Source: Candidatus Woesearchaeota archaeon (GTDB taxonomy: Archaea > Nanobdellota > Nanobdellia > Woesearchaeales > ARS49). Taken from it: a stretch of 64,000 nucleotides of DNA. The stretch lies in NCBI GenBank assembly GCA_018302815.1, contig JAGVZE010000010.1, forward strand, positions 3,523 through 67,522. The letters run 5' to 3'. The translations under genes were made by a program, and so were the position numbers. The notes beneath the pieces were generated by a model. It was not told the origin of the DNA. It saw nothing but the letters and a program-made list of their open reading frames with translations, and did not search any database. Below are positions 25,124 to 35,795 of the stretch, piece after piece (the stretch's first letter is position 1; the number at the start of each line of letters is the position of its first letter).

Positions 25124-27482
25124 TTTTCCTCCAAGCCAGCCTAAACAGCTCAACATGCAACTGAGCGCATTGATCCCAATCATACCTCTTAGACACCATC
25201 AGGCGCGCAGCCTCATTTTGCACTGCCTTGCCTGCGCGAGCCTCAAGAATGGTTATGCCTTGCGCCACATCTTCACTTGACTTAAAATAACTACCTGATT
25301 TTCCAAGCACTTCCCTATTGAATAAATTCTCGTGAGCTATAATAGTGCACCCAGCGCCGGCTGCCGAAAGCAACGATGGATTCGTCCCTCCGACACTATG
25401 ACCGTGGAAATATGCAAACGAATAAAACCTCAGCGCGTCAGTAATCCTATCGTCAAATATGCCCCCCATGAATCGCACACTCGCACATTCAAAACTTTTT
25501 CTTAGTGATTTTCCATACGGAGTATTGGCAGGACCCACAATTATCAAGTCTTTTCCGCTTTTCGAATTCAAGAAACCAGTTATTATTAAATCAACGTTAT
25601 TTTCAGGCTCAAGACGCGCTATGACCAGATAATAATTATTTGCACGAACTTTTATCCCTTCAAGAAAACTTTTGTCTGCTGTTCGACACACATCCGCGCC
25701 ATACGCTGCGTATTTTGCATCGACACCGTATGTGGTGTCGTAATAATCAACGAGAACTTTTGAATCCACAACTACCATAGCCGCGACCTTTGTGGCGAAC
25801 CACTCGGAGAAACGCAAATAAAGACGGGCAAATGCGCCCCATTTAGACCGTTTCCATTCCAATCCATCCATATTTATCAGAACAGTCTTGCCGAGCATCC
25901 TTGGAACGACGCAGAATATGCTGCTTGAATAGCCAAGCACATACACAAATCTGCTATCATCAAAGCTCGCCCGCACAAGACAATGCAAGTCATATAAAAG
26001 CGTTCCTGCCGCGCCAAGATAATAACTGTAATCTCGAACAACAACTCTCCTAATCCCCCGATAGACTTTTTTAGTGAACTCTCCTTTCGGACAACAAACA
26101 CTTACCTTGAATCCCTTTTTCAAAAGCCCAATCCCGAGCCGCTCTACAAATGTCTCAAATCCACCATATTTCGCAGGAATCCCCCTTGTTCCAAGTATCG
26201 ATACCGATTTGCTGTCCAATCGAGGCATACTGGTCAAGCGGTCAAGAGCAAAAGAAGCAAACGGATAGAGCGCGAGCAGCGCGGTAAGTCGCCACCTGAC
26301 AAATGGAGCGATAGTCACTACAAAATACGAAAGAAATAGAAACATTCCCAGAGCGTACCCGCTCAAAACGTACGATTGCTTAACCCTGCGCGACAGAAAT
26401 AACCCAATCAACACAAATGGAATGAGCGCATACCACCACAGAATGGACACTGAATAAAGCAGTTCATACAAACTTTTTGCACCCCATGGAAACGGCAGGA
26501 AAAATCCATATGCCATCGCCAAAGGAAAAAACTTCACCACATCAAGACCTGATTTGAACTCGACAAAGACAGCACTATCATCAAAAAACGCATGATGACT
26601 CGCCATATTGCTTTGCCGCACGGAAGTTATTATTCTTGCAACCCTTGACGGACTACTTTTTAACGCGATAAACGCACTCGATTCTACAGCCTGCTCTGAA
26701 AATGCAGTTTGTGCGAAATCGGTTTCACCTGATTGCGAATCAACCGACACATCAAATATACTCAAAGTGGGCGATATCGAAACCAAAATAAACACCACTG
26801 CTATCGCCGCGAACGTCAAAATTCGCCTCCACGCGACATCAAATATAGAAACTGCCATCATCGCAAGAAGCAATATGAACGCGAAATAGCTGCGATAAAA
26901 AGTATGCATCATAAAAAAGCCCGCTGCAAATAAAAATATGTCATACCATCGATTTTTTGAAATGAAAACATACATCAAAAAACCAACCAAGAACACAGTA
27001 ATAGCCTCTTTTAAAAGCTGAACCGCCCAATAATTCAATGCGGGATCTATTAAAATCAAAAGACTGCAAATGCGAGAAGCAGCCGCACCAAATAAACGAT
27101 ACGCGCAAAGCGATAAGAACAACAATCCAAATGAGGAAAGAATGACGTTAAACAACTCGACGAACGCCACGTGCCGTCCAAAAATCGCGAAAAAAAAAGT
27201 CAGAAGCTTCTCAGGAGTCGGTTTTTCAACAAAAATATCCTTTGTTAAGAATCCTTCATCTGCTAGTTTCTGGGACTCAACCATATAGAATCCACTATCG
27301 GGATGCTCGAACACATTTCCAAATAACCAAACGTTCACCAGTAATATGACGATAATCTTTAGCACAATTGAAAGAAGAAACACACCCAGAAACCATCTCC
27401 GAAGAGGCTCTTTATTAAGCAATAAAAAGAGCCCGACCGCTGAGAAAATAACACAGAATACCAAAAAGCCCATCCCGAACAT
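25116..27482 (-). CDS. Fusion: polytopic membrane domain (Wzy/GT-C-like) + GT4 (DUF1972-type)
   Basis: About 11 TM N-terminal half with PDS.FY and LKE; C-terminal GTRGIPA.YGGFETF, NMDGLEWKR.KW, RLEPENN, HGHSVGGTNPSL; start uncertain (27482 or 27527). Confidence 0.8.
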   Translation of the reverse strand: MFGMGFLVFCVIFSAVGLFLLLNKEPLRRWFLGVFLLSIVLKIIVILLVNVWLFGNVFEHPDSGFYMVESQKLADEGFLTKDIFVEKPTPEKLLTFFFAIFGRHVAFVELFNVILSSFGLLFLSLCAYRLFGAAASRICSLLILIDPALNYWAVQLLKEAITVFLVGFLMYVFISKNRWYDIFLFAAGFFMMHTFYRSYFAFILLLAMMAVSIFDVAWRRILTFAAIAVVFILVSISPTLSIFDVSVDSQSGETDFAQTAFSEQAVESSAFIALKSSPSRVARIITSVRQSNMASHHAFFDDSAVFVEFKSGLDVVKFFPLAMAYGFFLPFPWGAKSLYELLYSVSILWWYALIPFVLIGLFLSRRVKQSYVLSGYALGMFLFLSYFVVTIAPFVRWRLTALLALYPFASFALDRLTSMPRLDSKSVSILGTRGIPAKYGGFETFVERLGIGLLKKGFKVSVCCPKGEFTKKVYRGIRRVVVRDYSYYLGAAGTLLYDLHCLVRASFDDSRFVYVLGYSSSIFCVVPRMLGKTVLINMDGLEWKRSKWGAFARLYLRFSEWFATKVAAMVVVDSKVLVDYYDTTYGVDAKYAAYGADVCRTADKSFLEGIKVRANNYYLVIARLEPENNVDLIITGFLNSKSGKDLIIVGPANTPYGKSLRKSFECASVRFMGGIFDDRITDALRFYSFAYFHGHSVGGTNPSLLSAAGAGCTIIAHENLFNREVLGKSGSYFKSSEDVAQGITILEARAGKAVQNEAARLMVSKRYDWDQCAQLHVELFRLAWRKNG

Positions 27483-27533
27483 ATCCTCGCGAAAAGCGCA
27501 CTTATTAATAAACATACCGCACATCACCCCGTT

Positions 27534-28790
27534 ATGCGAACCGCACTCAAGCGCGCGATTTTAAACGGAAAAATAGTAGCACAGAACATCAAAGCGCTGG
27601 ATTTATCCTATTTCGCCAAAGGAGCGTTTTGGCTTGGCAGCTCATACGTGATAATAGCACTAATACGCCTTGCACAATCCTCAATCCTCGCGCGCGGCTC
27701 AAGCGTCGAATTTTTCGGCCAGTTCCAATTCGTTCTAAGCATCATCGCAACCCTTACCCTTGCGGCCCTTCCCGGAATGGAAACTGCTATCACACAGGCA
27801 GTCGCGAATAAAAAAACCGCATCGCTTATACTCGGAACAAAAGCAAAACTTAAGTCGAGCCTCATTGGAAGCATATCCCTTCTTGCGCTCGGCGCATTCT
27901 TCACGTTCATAAAACCCCAACCATTCGCTCAAGCGCTAATCGTGGCAGCCCCGCTGTTTCCGATTTACACAAGTTTCAACAGCATTCAAGGATACTATCG
28001 CGGAACGGGCAATTTCAAGATGGCTTCCTTTTGCGAGACCTTGTTCTACTCGGTGAATGCCATCGCATTAATCAGCGCATTTCTAATCACTCATTCGCTC
28101 ACAATCATGCTTCTCTCCATGATGATCGCGGGAGCCACCATAATGATGGCACTATACCTGAACGTAGCGCGAAATATCAGATCCGAAGAATCAGACCCAT
28201 CAACGGTTTCGCTTGGAAAAAGTTTAACCCTTATGAGTGCCATCCAATTTACAACTCCGCACATAGACCGATACATCATCACTGCATTTCTTGGCTTTGA
28301 AGCGCTTGCCATTTACACAATCGCGATATCAATCTCACTATACCTCACATACGGAGGAAAATTGCTGAGCACACTGGTTCTGCCAAAGCTCGCACGCATC
28401 CAAGCCCACCACGAAACGCGCATAAAACACCTATTATTCGCCTATGCTTTTTCCATCGCGGCCACCCTCGCGCTCATCGCACTAGTACTCCCCTATGCAA
28501 TTCCTCTTCTCTTCTCGGACCAATATACGTCATCAATACCGCTGGCCCAGCTCTCCTTGACAGCCCTCGCATTTTCACTGCCATCAATGATTCTAATCAC
28601 TTATTTCCAGACCCGCAAAAACCTGGCGCTCCTTTATAAATTTCAGTTCGCCAAAGGCGCGTTCAACTTCGTACTGCTCATTTTGCTCGTCTCCTGGCTT
28701 GGAATCATGGGCGCAGTCATCAGCAAAATAATCCTTGAACTTTGCGGATTCATCTTCCTTTCAAGACGATTTTATGCAATAAAGATTTAA
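27534..28790 (+). CDS. Oligosaccharide flippase (Wzx/AglR, MOP superfamily)
   Basis: About 12 TM; LAR....FG, DR.II..FLG....AIY..A, GI.GA. Confidence 0.85.
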   Translation: MRTALKRAILNGKIVAQNIKALDLSYFAKGAFWLGSSYVIIALIRLAQSSILARGSSVEFFGQFQFVLSIIATLTLAALPGMETAITQAVANKKTASLILGTKAKLKSSLIGSISLLALGAFFTFIKPQPFAQALIVAAPLFPIYTSFNSIQGYYRGTGNFKMASFCETLFYSVNAIALISAFLITHSLTIMLLSMMIAGATIMMALYLNVARNIRSEESDPSTVSLGKSLTLMSAIQFTTPHIDRYIITAFLGFEALAIYTIAISISLYLTYGGKLLSTLVLPKLARIQAHHETRIKHLLFAYAFSIAATLALIALVLPYAIPLLFSDQYTSSIPLAQLSLTALAFSLPSMILITYFQTRKNLALLYKFQFAKGAFNFVLLILLVSWLGIMGAVISKIILELCGFIFLSRRFYAIKI

Positions 28791-28814
28791 AGCGAACGCG
28801 ATTCCGCACATTTT

Positions 28815-29810
28815 ATGTTCATACCTCCCCTCTTTTTCGCGGCAGTAATCAGTTTTTTATTGAGCGCGTTCGTCATTCCAAGATGGATTGAACGTTCAAA
28901 ACAGCACGGGCTTCTGGTAACTGATGTCCAGAAACTTCCAAACAGGAAAATACCATTTCTTGCAGGACTTGGCGTAGTATTCAGCGCAGTGGTCGGTATC
29001 CTAGGATATATCGCCATCCAGACCTTTCTGTTCAACGAGTCAGCGAATACTACGGTGCTCCTAGCTGCGATCGCGAGCCTTCTAATCGCCCTAGTCATCG
29101 GAGTCGTGGATGACTTGCTTGGAGAGAAAATAGGGCTCACCCAGATTCAAAAACCATTACTAAGCATAGTAGCTGCCCTTCCAATTTCCGTAATCAACGC
29201 CGGACGCAACGTAATGACTCTCCCAATATTGGGAAAAATCCAACTGGGCAATGCGTACCCCTTCGCAATCGTTCCTCTCGCGATAACAGGAGCAGCCAAC
29301 GGTTTCAATATGCTCGCGGGCCTCAATGGACTTGAAGCAGGAATGGGCCTTATCATACTCTCAGCACTAGGTTATTATTCGCTCGCGATGACAGAATACG
29401 CAGCGGCAGTAATAGCATACTGCGCGGTGTTCGCCATCGCACCGTTCTTCTACTACAACAAATACCCCGCGCGCATACTGCCCGGAAACGGATTCACTTA
29501 TTCTATCGGGGCAATCATAGCGATTGTCGCCATCCTGGCTGATGCAGAGCGAACAGCTCTTCTTTTATTCACACCCTACTTCATCGAACTTATGCTCAAG
29601 GCAAGAGGCAGATTCAAGAAAGAAAGCCTCGCAGTACCTCTTCCAGACGGAAGCATCAAGAATCAGTACGCGAAATGGTATTCGCTAAACCATGTCGCAA
29701 TATCATTTCTGCGCGAGATAAAAGGCAAAGCCTACGAATGGGAAGCGTGCTTTGCACTATTAGGGTTTGAACTGATAATAGCATTAATCGCTATTTGGCC
29801 GCATATTTGA
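28815..29810 (+). CDS. UDP-GlcNAc:polyprenyl-phosphate GlcNAc-1-phosphotransferase (AglH/GPT, MraY family)
   Basis: D.QK, G.VDD, NGFNMLAGLNGLEAG, N.YPA.I.PG. Confidence 0.85.
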   Translation: MFIPPLFFAAVISFLLSAFVIPRWIERSKQHGLLVTDVQKLPNRKIPFLAGLGVVFSAVVGILGYIAIQTFLFNESANTTVLLAAIASLLIALVIGVVDDLLGEKIGLTQIQKPLLSIVAALPISVINAGRNVMTLPILGKIQLGNAYPFAIVPLAITGAANGFNMLAGLNGLEAGMGLIILSALGYYSLAMTEYAAAVIAYCAVFAIAPFFYYNKYPARILPGNGFTYSIGAIIAIVAILADAERTALLLFTPYFIELMLKARGRFKKESLAVPLPDGSIKNQYAKWYSLNHVAISFLREIKGKAYEWEACFALLGFELIIALIAIWPHI

Positions 29811-29944
29811 ACAGTGCGAATCGTCCGACTAAACACCAGTGATTTATAAATAACCTGCCCTGCAGAATCTGATCAGACGAAAGGAATAAAAAGCACCTGA
29901 AGCTTCACGGTTCATACTGAAAATAAACCAGACAGCAAATAACC

Positions 29945-30748
29945 ATGGATCATCTTGACATACTCGAAAATAAAAGCATACACATCATACGCGAAGCATA
30001 CAAACAGTTCCATCAACTAGGACTTCTTTGGTCCATCGGAAAAGATTCGACCACTCTGCTTTGGCTCTGCCGAAAAGCGTTCTTTGGCAATCTCCCCTTT
30101 CCAGTAATCCACATCGATACGACCTTCAAATTCCCTGAAATGTACACGTTCAGAGATCACTGGGCAAAAGAATGGAAGCTCAACCTAATCATCTCGAAGA
30201 ACCAAGAAGCGCTAGACCGGGGAATCGGCTATGCCACGCACGACGCGATCACCTGCTGTGATGAGTTAAAGACAAAAGCGCTAAAACAGTTAATCGCGCA
30301 AAAAAAATTCAAAGCCATACTTGTAGGCATCAGACGAGACGAGCACGGAATCCGCGCGAAAGAACGGGTCTTCTCTCCACGAAGCGAGAACTTCACATGG
30401 AACTACAAAAATCAGCCGACTGAACTTTGGGACCAATACAATTCATCCGCAGAATCAAGCGATCATATGCGAATCCACCCGTTGCTGCATTGGACAGAAC
30501 TTGACATCTGGGAATACATCAAACGGGAAAACATCCCAATCAACGAACTCTACTTCGCGAAAAATGGCAAACGATACCGCAGCCTTGGCTGTATGCCCAT
30601 AACTAAACCGATTGATTCTACCGCCACCACCGTCGATGCAATCATCGCAGAGCTTAAAACCACAAAAACCGCAGAACGCGCAGGCAGATCACAAGATAAA
30701 GAAACCGCGTACGCAATGCAAAAACTCAGAAGCCTCGGGTATATGTAA
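29945..30748 (+). CDS. cysD: Sulfate adenylyltransferase subunit 2
   Basis: E..SI.IIREA, SIGKDS, HIDT..KF.EMY.FRD, GIRRDE, R.HPLL.WTE.DIW.YI, YRSLGC.P.T. Confidence 0.92.
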   Translation: MDHLDILENKSIHIIREAYKQFHQLGLLWSIGKDSTTLLWLCRKAFFGNLPFPVIHIDTTFKFPEMYTFRDHWAKEWKLNLIISKNQEALDRGIGYATHDAITCCDELKTKALKQLIAQKKFKAILVGIRRDEHGIRAKERVFSPRSENFTWNYKNQPTELWDQYNSSAESSDHMRIHPLLHWTELDIWEYIKRENIPINELYFAKNGKRYRSLGCMPITKPIDSTATTVDAIIAELKTTKTAERAGRSQDKETAYAMQKLRSLGYM

Positions 30749-30749
30749 A

Positions 30750-30950
30750 ATGGAACATCACAAACGAACATTACTCAAAACTGCCACTTGGAGAATAACC
30801 GGCACAGGATTCACCCTCATTTCAGTCTACGCAGTCACAGGAAGCATGAGCCTGAGCATGACCGCCAGCGCGGCTGAACTCGCGCTCAAACCCATAATAT
30901 ACTACTGCCACGAGCGAGTATGGAATAACATCGGCTGGGCGCGAAAATGA
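30750..30950 (+). CDS. DUF2061 small membrane protein
   Basis: R.LLK..TWR..G, K...YY.HERVW..I.W. Confidence 0.85.
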   Translation: MEHHKRTLLKTATWRITGTGFTLISVYAVTGSMSLSMTASAAELALKPIIYYCHERVWNNIGWARK

Positions 30951-32185
30951 ACACTCTTAATTTTGTCATTGTCGGCCACGTGGACCATGGAAAATCAACA
31001 CTAATAGGAAGACTGCTCTATGACACCAACGCGCTCCCGACTGACCGTGTAGAAGAACTCAAAGCAGCATGCAATGCTCTTGGACGAGAACTCGAATTCT
31101 CATTCATAACTGATCATCTTCAGGAAGAGCGCGAGCAAAACGTCACGATAGATACTACCCAAATCAAGTTCAAGACGCAAAACAGAGATTACACCATAAT
31201 CGATGCACCGGGGCACAAAGAATTCCTGAAAAATATGATGACCGGAGCATCCCAAGCAGAAGCAGCCGCGCTAATAGTGGATGCAAAAGAGGGCGTGCAG
31301 GAACAGACAAGACGCCACGCATCCATAATCGCATTGTTAGGCATAAAACAAGTGGTTGTGCTGCTCAACAAGATGGACCTTGTCGAATTCTCAAAAGAAC
31401 GCTTTGATCAACTAAAAGCACAAACTGAAACATTCTTCAAAACACTAGATATGACTCCCGCACACATCATTCCCATAGTCGCAAAAGATGGAGACAATTG
31501 TGCGAACCCGTCAACACGGATGCAGTGGTATTCTGGTTTGACATTTTTAGAGGCGCTTGACCAGTTCACCATCAAAGAAAAACCAACAAACAAGCCGCTT
31601 CGATACTCAGTACAAGACGTGTACAAAGTCGGTGAAAAAAGAATCCTGGTTGGCAGGGTGGAAGCAGGAGTTCTGAAATCAGGACAAAAAATCACATTCC
31701 TTCCATCAAATAAACAAACAGTTGTCAAAACAATAGAAGTCTTTGGAAACGAAGGGAAAAAAGAGGCAGAAGCGGGAGAATGCATCGGAATCACAATATC
31801 CGACCCATTATTCATAGAACGAGGAGAAATAGCGTGCGCAGTGGAACAGCCGCCAATTATCGCACAAAAAATAGAATCAAATGTATTCTGGTTCTCCAGC
31901 AAAAACTTCGAGAAAAAAGATAAAATCACAATAAAACTCGCGACGCAAGAAGCATCCTGCCGCGTTGAACAACTTGAACGAATCGATTCATCGACATTTG
32001 AAGTGATAGAACACGATGCGACACAGCTTTGCCCCACAGAAATAGGCAGATTCGTACTCATACCTGAAAAACCAATAGTGATAGAGGATTTCAATGAAGT
32101 CGAAGAACTCGGCAGATTTGTCCTTGAACTGAATGGGGAAGCCGCAGGAGGCGGCATAGTAGTCTCAAAACAAGACAAAGCATGA
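30947..32185 (+). CDS. cysN: Sulfate adenylyltransferase subunit 1 (GTPase), no CysC fusion
   Basis: [41 protein letters not shown]; 412 aa; adjacent to cysD. Confidence 0.9.
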   Translation: MNTLNFVIVGHVDHGKSTLIGRLLYDTNALPTDRVEELKAACNALGRELEFSFITDHLQEEREQNVTIDTTQIKFKTQNRDYTIIDAPGHKEFLKNMMTGASQAEAAALIVDAKEGVQEQTRRHASIIALLGIKQVVVLLNKMDLVEFSKERFDQLKAQTETFFKTLDMTPAHIIPIVAKDGDNCANPSTRMQWYSGLTFLEALDQFTIKEKPTNKPLRYSVQDVYKVGEKRILVGRVEAGVLKSGQKITFLPSNKQTVVKTIEVFGNEGKKEAEAGECIGITISDPLFIERGEIACAVEQPPIIAQKIESNVFWFSSKNFEKKDKITIKLATQEASCRVEQLERIDSSTFEVIEHDATQLCPTEIGRFVLIPEKPIVIEDFNEVEELGRFVLELNGEAAGGGIVVSKQDKA

Positions 32186-32901
32186 CAAAACTCATTATTC
32201 TCGGAATGGACGGACTTGAATACGACCTTGTCACAAAATTCGGCTATAAAAACCTCATGCAAGACCATTTCGGGAAAACAGATATTTCGGAATTTGAGCT
32301 TCCGCGAAGCGTCATATTATGGTCCTCGTTTATCGCAGGAAAAAGCAAAGAAAAAGAACTCACCGCGCTGACGAATTTTTGGCACGCAAAAATGCCTATC
32401 GCGCAGACCTTCTTTGCGAACGCCAAAAATCCACTCGCACTAGATGTTCCCGGATTCACATACATTAACGAACAGCATGATCGTGAACGACAAAATATGA
32501 AAGATTTCCTTGAAGGCAAGAATATCACCATAGAAGAATATGACAAACACGTATTCGCACACCATCAAAAAATCAAGGAACAATTTTTCAAGGCGCTTGA
32601 AACAGGAGAACATGACGTCATCATGGCATATTTTAGCGTGTCTGATGTCATAGGGCATTTGAGCTTTGGCATAACGCCCAAAATGAGAATGATATACCAA
32701 GATTTAGATGAAATCGCGGCCAAAGTCAAAGCAAAATTCAGGGGGAAATTGCTCATAATATCAGACCACGGCATGTTCGCGCGCGGAAGATTCGGCGATC
32801 ATACAACATACGGCTTCTGGTCAACTAATTTCGACGTTCAATTCAAAAATCCGAAACTCACAGACTTCTTCAAAACACTAATCGATGCACAGTTGGAATA
32901 G
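32182..32901 (+). CDS. Alkaline phosphatase superfamily protein (nucleotide pyrophosphatase/phosphodiesterase-like)
   Basis: IILGMDG, S...WSS, D..GH, SDHG, GDH. Confidence 0.8.
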   Translation: MTKLIILGMDGLEYDLVTKFGYKNLMQDHFGKTDISEFELPRSVILWSSFIAGKSKEKELTALTNFWHAKMPIAQTFFANAKNPLALDVPGFTYINEQHDRERQNMKDFLEGKNITIEEYDKHVFAHHQKIKEQFFKALETGEHDVIMAYFSVSDVIGHLSFGITPKMRMIYQDLDEIAAKVKAKFRGKLLIISDHGMFARGRFGDHTTYGFWSTNFDVQFKNPKLTDFFKTLIDAQLE

Positions 32902-32903
32902 CA

Positions 32904-33674
32904 ATGAAATTTCTTCCACGATTGAAAGAATATCTGAACTTACTGGTAGTCTTCACTAAGATGGAGTTCCTTACGAAATATCAGGGGAGCTTCTTAGGCT
33001 TCGCATGGTATTTTATAAACCCCATACTGACATTCGCATTGCTTTATTTGATATTCTCAACAAGATTCGGCGCAGACATAGAGAATTACGAGGCATACCT
33101 ATTAATCGGCATAGTGCAGTGGAATTTTTTCCAATCTGCCGTAGGCAAATCAATCGGCGCAGTGTTTGAAAACCACGCGCTCATAAAATCAATAAATTTT
33201 CCGCGGGAAATAGTCATAATGGCATCAGTGTTGGCCGCCTTAATAAGCCACCTATTTGAACTGGTGTTGCTCGCGTGCACAATGATATATCTTAAGATGA
33301 GCATTGTGAACATGATATTCATTTTGCCAATACTATTCATCCAATTATTATTCGCGCTCGGAGTTTCTTTGATATTATCATCAGTAGTAGTATATGTGAG
33401 CGATGTGCAGCAAGCATGGGTTTACATATCGCGCCTCTGGTGGCTTGGAACGCCCATATTCTACATGGCAAATGAAGGATCGAAATTGTTCTTGTTCAAC
33501 ATACGATTTAACACGCAATTCCAATTCATTTACACCACAAGAGAGCTGCTCATCAATAATACGTTCCCTACACCATCGCTGGTATTCTCAATGACTATCA
33601 ATTCGATATTGATATTTATAGCGGGATACCTGGTATTCAATAAACTCAAAGTTCGTTTTCCGGAGCTCATATGA
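32904..33674 (+). CDS. ABC-2 polysaccharide exporter permease (Wzm-like)
   Basis: KY.GS.LG..W..INP, LIK.I.FP, D....W, TPIFY. Confidence 0.9.
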   Translation: MKFLPRLKEYLNLLVVFTKMEFLTKYQGSFLGFAWYFINPILTFALLYLIFSTRFGADIENYEAYLLIGIVQWNFFQSAVGKSIGAVFENHALIKSINFPREIVIMASVLAALISHLFELVLLACTMIYLKMSIVNMIFILPILFIQLLFALGVSLILSSVVVYVSDVQQAWVYISRLWWLGTPIFYMANEGSKLFLFNIRFNTQFQFIYTTRELLINNTFPTPSLVFSMTINSILIFIAGYLVFNKLKVRFPELI

Positions 33675-34414
33675 AACAAGTAATAGAAGCAACAAATGTA
33701 TTCAAAAAATACCCAATAGAGTTGATGAGAAAAAAAAGAAGGCAATTCTTTAAAATATTATTCGATGGATTTCCAAAAATAGAGCATGTACAAGCGTTGA
33801 ACGGTGTTAGTTTGCGCATACAACAAGGAGAATGCGTTGGCATAATAGGTCCGAACGGGAGCGGCAAATCGACTCTCCTTAGCATAATCGCAGGAATCCT
33901 GAAAGCAGACAGCGGCAACATAAAGACAAAAGGGAAAATAGTATCATTGTTCGACACTAAACTCGGAAGACAGGAAATGAGCGCAGATACAAATCGCCGC
34001 TTTCTTTGCGGACTTTTTGGAATGCCGCGAAAACAGATCAGCAAAACGAAAAGCGCGGTGTTCAAGACAGCAGGATTATCAAATTTCGCGGATACACCGA
34101 TGATAAAATACTCGCGCGGAATGAGGGATAGACTGATGTTATCTTTATCGCTCAGCGTCAAACCGGACATACTTCTCCTCGATGAAGTACTTTCAGAATC
34201 AGATGAAGCATTCAGGTCGAAATTCGCAAAAGCCATAAGAAAATACGCTTCTTCGGGAAAAACAGTCATCATGATAAGCCACGAGCTCGCGCTCGTAGAG
34301 AAAATGTGCGCAAGGACAATCTGGCTCGATAAAGGCACCATACGAATGGACGCAAACACAGCGAAAGTCTTAAAAACCTACAGGGAGGCGTCTTGCAATG
34401 CAACAAAAATATGA
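33671..34414 (+). CDS. ABC polysaccharide exporter ATPase (Wzt-like)
   Basis: GPNGSGKST, YS.GM..RL, LLLDE, SH. Confidence 0.9.
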   Translation: MKQVIEATNVFKKYPIELMRKKRRQFFKILFDGFPKIEHVQALNGVSLRIQQGECVGIIGPNGSGKSTLLSIIAGILKADSGNIKTKGKIVSLFDTKLGRQEMSADTNRRFLCGLFGMPRKQISKTKSAVFKTAGLSNFADTPMIKYSRGMRDRLMLSLSLSVKPDILLLDEVLSESDEAFRSKFAKAIRKYASSGKTVIMISHELALVEKMCARTIWLDKGTIRMDANTAKVLKTYREASCNATKI

Positions 34415-35795
34415 CCACGTGCTATTCATATCGATGGACACGTGCAGGGCGGACCATCTTGGCTGCTACGGACATTCAAGGAAAACCACGCCAATACTGT
34501 CAAAATTCTGCGAAGAAAACATAATATTTGAGAAATCGTTTTCATCGAGCGTGCCAACATTACCCTCACACACAACAGTATTTACCTCGCTCTATCAAGG
34601 CGTCCATGGCGCAGAAGTGACACTCTCTGCGCCCATGCCTGAAAAACTCACCACGATAGCTGAAGTCCTGAAACGGCAAGGCCACATAACCGCAGCATTC
34701 CACAGCGGCGCCCAATTAAGCGAGATATGGAATGTCTTCAAAGGATTCGACATCGTTAATTATGCGTCCACACAATCAATAAAAGAAACAGCGGGATTTT
34801 ACAAAGAGTTCATAGAAGCCAACAAAGACAAGAAGACATTCGGATTCGTCCACGGATTGGATATGCACTTCCCACACTACAAACCAGGCCTGTTCTCTGA
34901 TGAATTAAAAGTCGATAAACAAAGAGTGATAGACAAAATCAACGATTGCGACCACGACCTGACTGGTGAAGGCACAAAAACAGAAGTCTGCGCACTATAC
35001 GATGACAGCATAGTATTTTTTGACCGGCACATAGGCACGATATTTGACAAGCTAAAAGAGTTAGGTATATACGATAAGACAATCATAGTAATCTTCGGAG
35101 ATCATGGCGAAGAATTCGGCGAACGATCAAGAATGGCCGCGCACCACAAGAACCTTTTTGATGAACTTATAAGAGTCCCATTCCTACTTCGGATACCCGG
35201 ATTAGAACCTAAAAAAATCAGAACGAACGTGCGGCTCATAGATATAATGCCGACAGTGCTGGCCGCCATGGGAATCAATGAACAAATAATCATGCAAGGA
35301 GAGAATCTGCTGCCGACAATCCTTGGAACGAAAAGCATAGACCTTCCTGTTTTCACAGAATACCTGCACCGTAATTCATATGCAATCAGCATCAAAACAA
35401 GCTTTTTGCAATTAATCTGTGAAAGGGAAAGCACTTTTTTGAGAAAGCTCATATTGCGCTATAGATCCATAAGAAAACACGCATCTAAAGAACCGAGCTT
35501 ATTGCGTAGATTGGCAGTCATGACAAAACTACTCATCATAAAATCAAAATCATTCACCGAATTTGACACTATAACATTCTGTGATGCGCGATCGGAAGAA
35601 AGAAACAAACCGCGCCTCATAGTCGCCAGATTAGGAAAATATGAGCGAAGAATAGTGAACAGACTTCTTGAGTTGATAAGCAAGCAAATGGAAGAGAACA
35701 AGCTGCTGCAACAAGAACTCACCGGAGGAGTAAAAACAACAGTGGAACTTCGAGGAGAAATGAAAAAAAGCCTTGAAGAGTTAAACTACCTATGA
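34398..35795 (+). CDS. Sulfatase-like AlkP protein, Thr-type (TLPSH)
   Basis: ISMDTCRADHLGCYG..R.TTP, PTLPSH, D.HFP, GDHGEEF, RVP; no CxPxR; no signal peptide. Confidence 0.85.
   Translation: MQQKYDHVLFISMDTCRADHLGCYGHSRKTTPILSKFCEENIIFEKSFSSSVPTLPSHTTVFTSLYQGVHGAEVTLSAPMPEKLTTIAEVLKRQGHITAAFHSGAQLSEIWNVFKGFDIVNYASTQSIKETAGFYKEFIEANKDKKTFGFVHGLDMHFPHYKPGLFSDELKVDKQRVIDKINDCDHDLTGEGTKTEVCALYDDSIVFFDRHIGTIFDKLKELGIYDKTIIVIFGDHGEEFGERSRMAAHHKNLFDELIRVPFLLRIPGLEPKKIRTNVRLIDIMPTVLAAMGINEQIIMQGENLLPTILGTKSIDLPVFTEYLHRNSYAISIKTSFLQLICERESTFLRKLILRYRSIRKHASKEPSLLRRLAVMTKLLIIKSKSFTEFDTITFCDARSEERNKPRLIVARLGKYERRIVNRLLELISKQMEENKLLQQELTGGVKTTVELRGEMKKSLEELNYL

Noticed and set aside
30947-32185. Elongation factor EF-1alpha/Tu
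   Set aside because: The GRLL.D, EREQ..TID and NM.TGAS context plus adjacency to cysD indicate CysN
31408-32268. Long antisense ORFs (e.g. 31408..32268, 21862..22452, 39188..39754, 43550..44050)
   Set aside because: They are shadows of well-supported genes on the opposite strand, Ser/Phe-rich and without motifs
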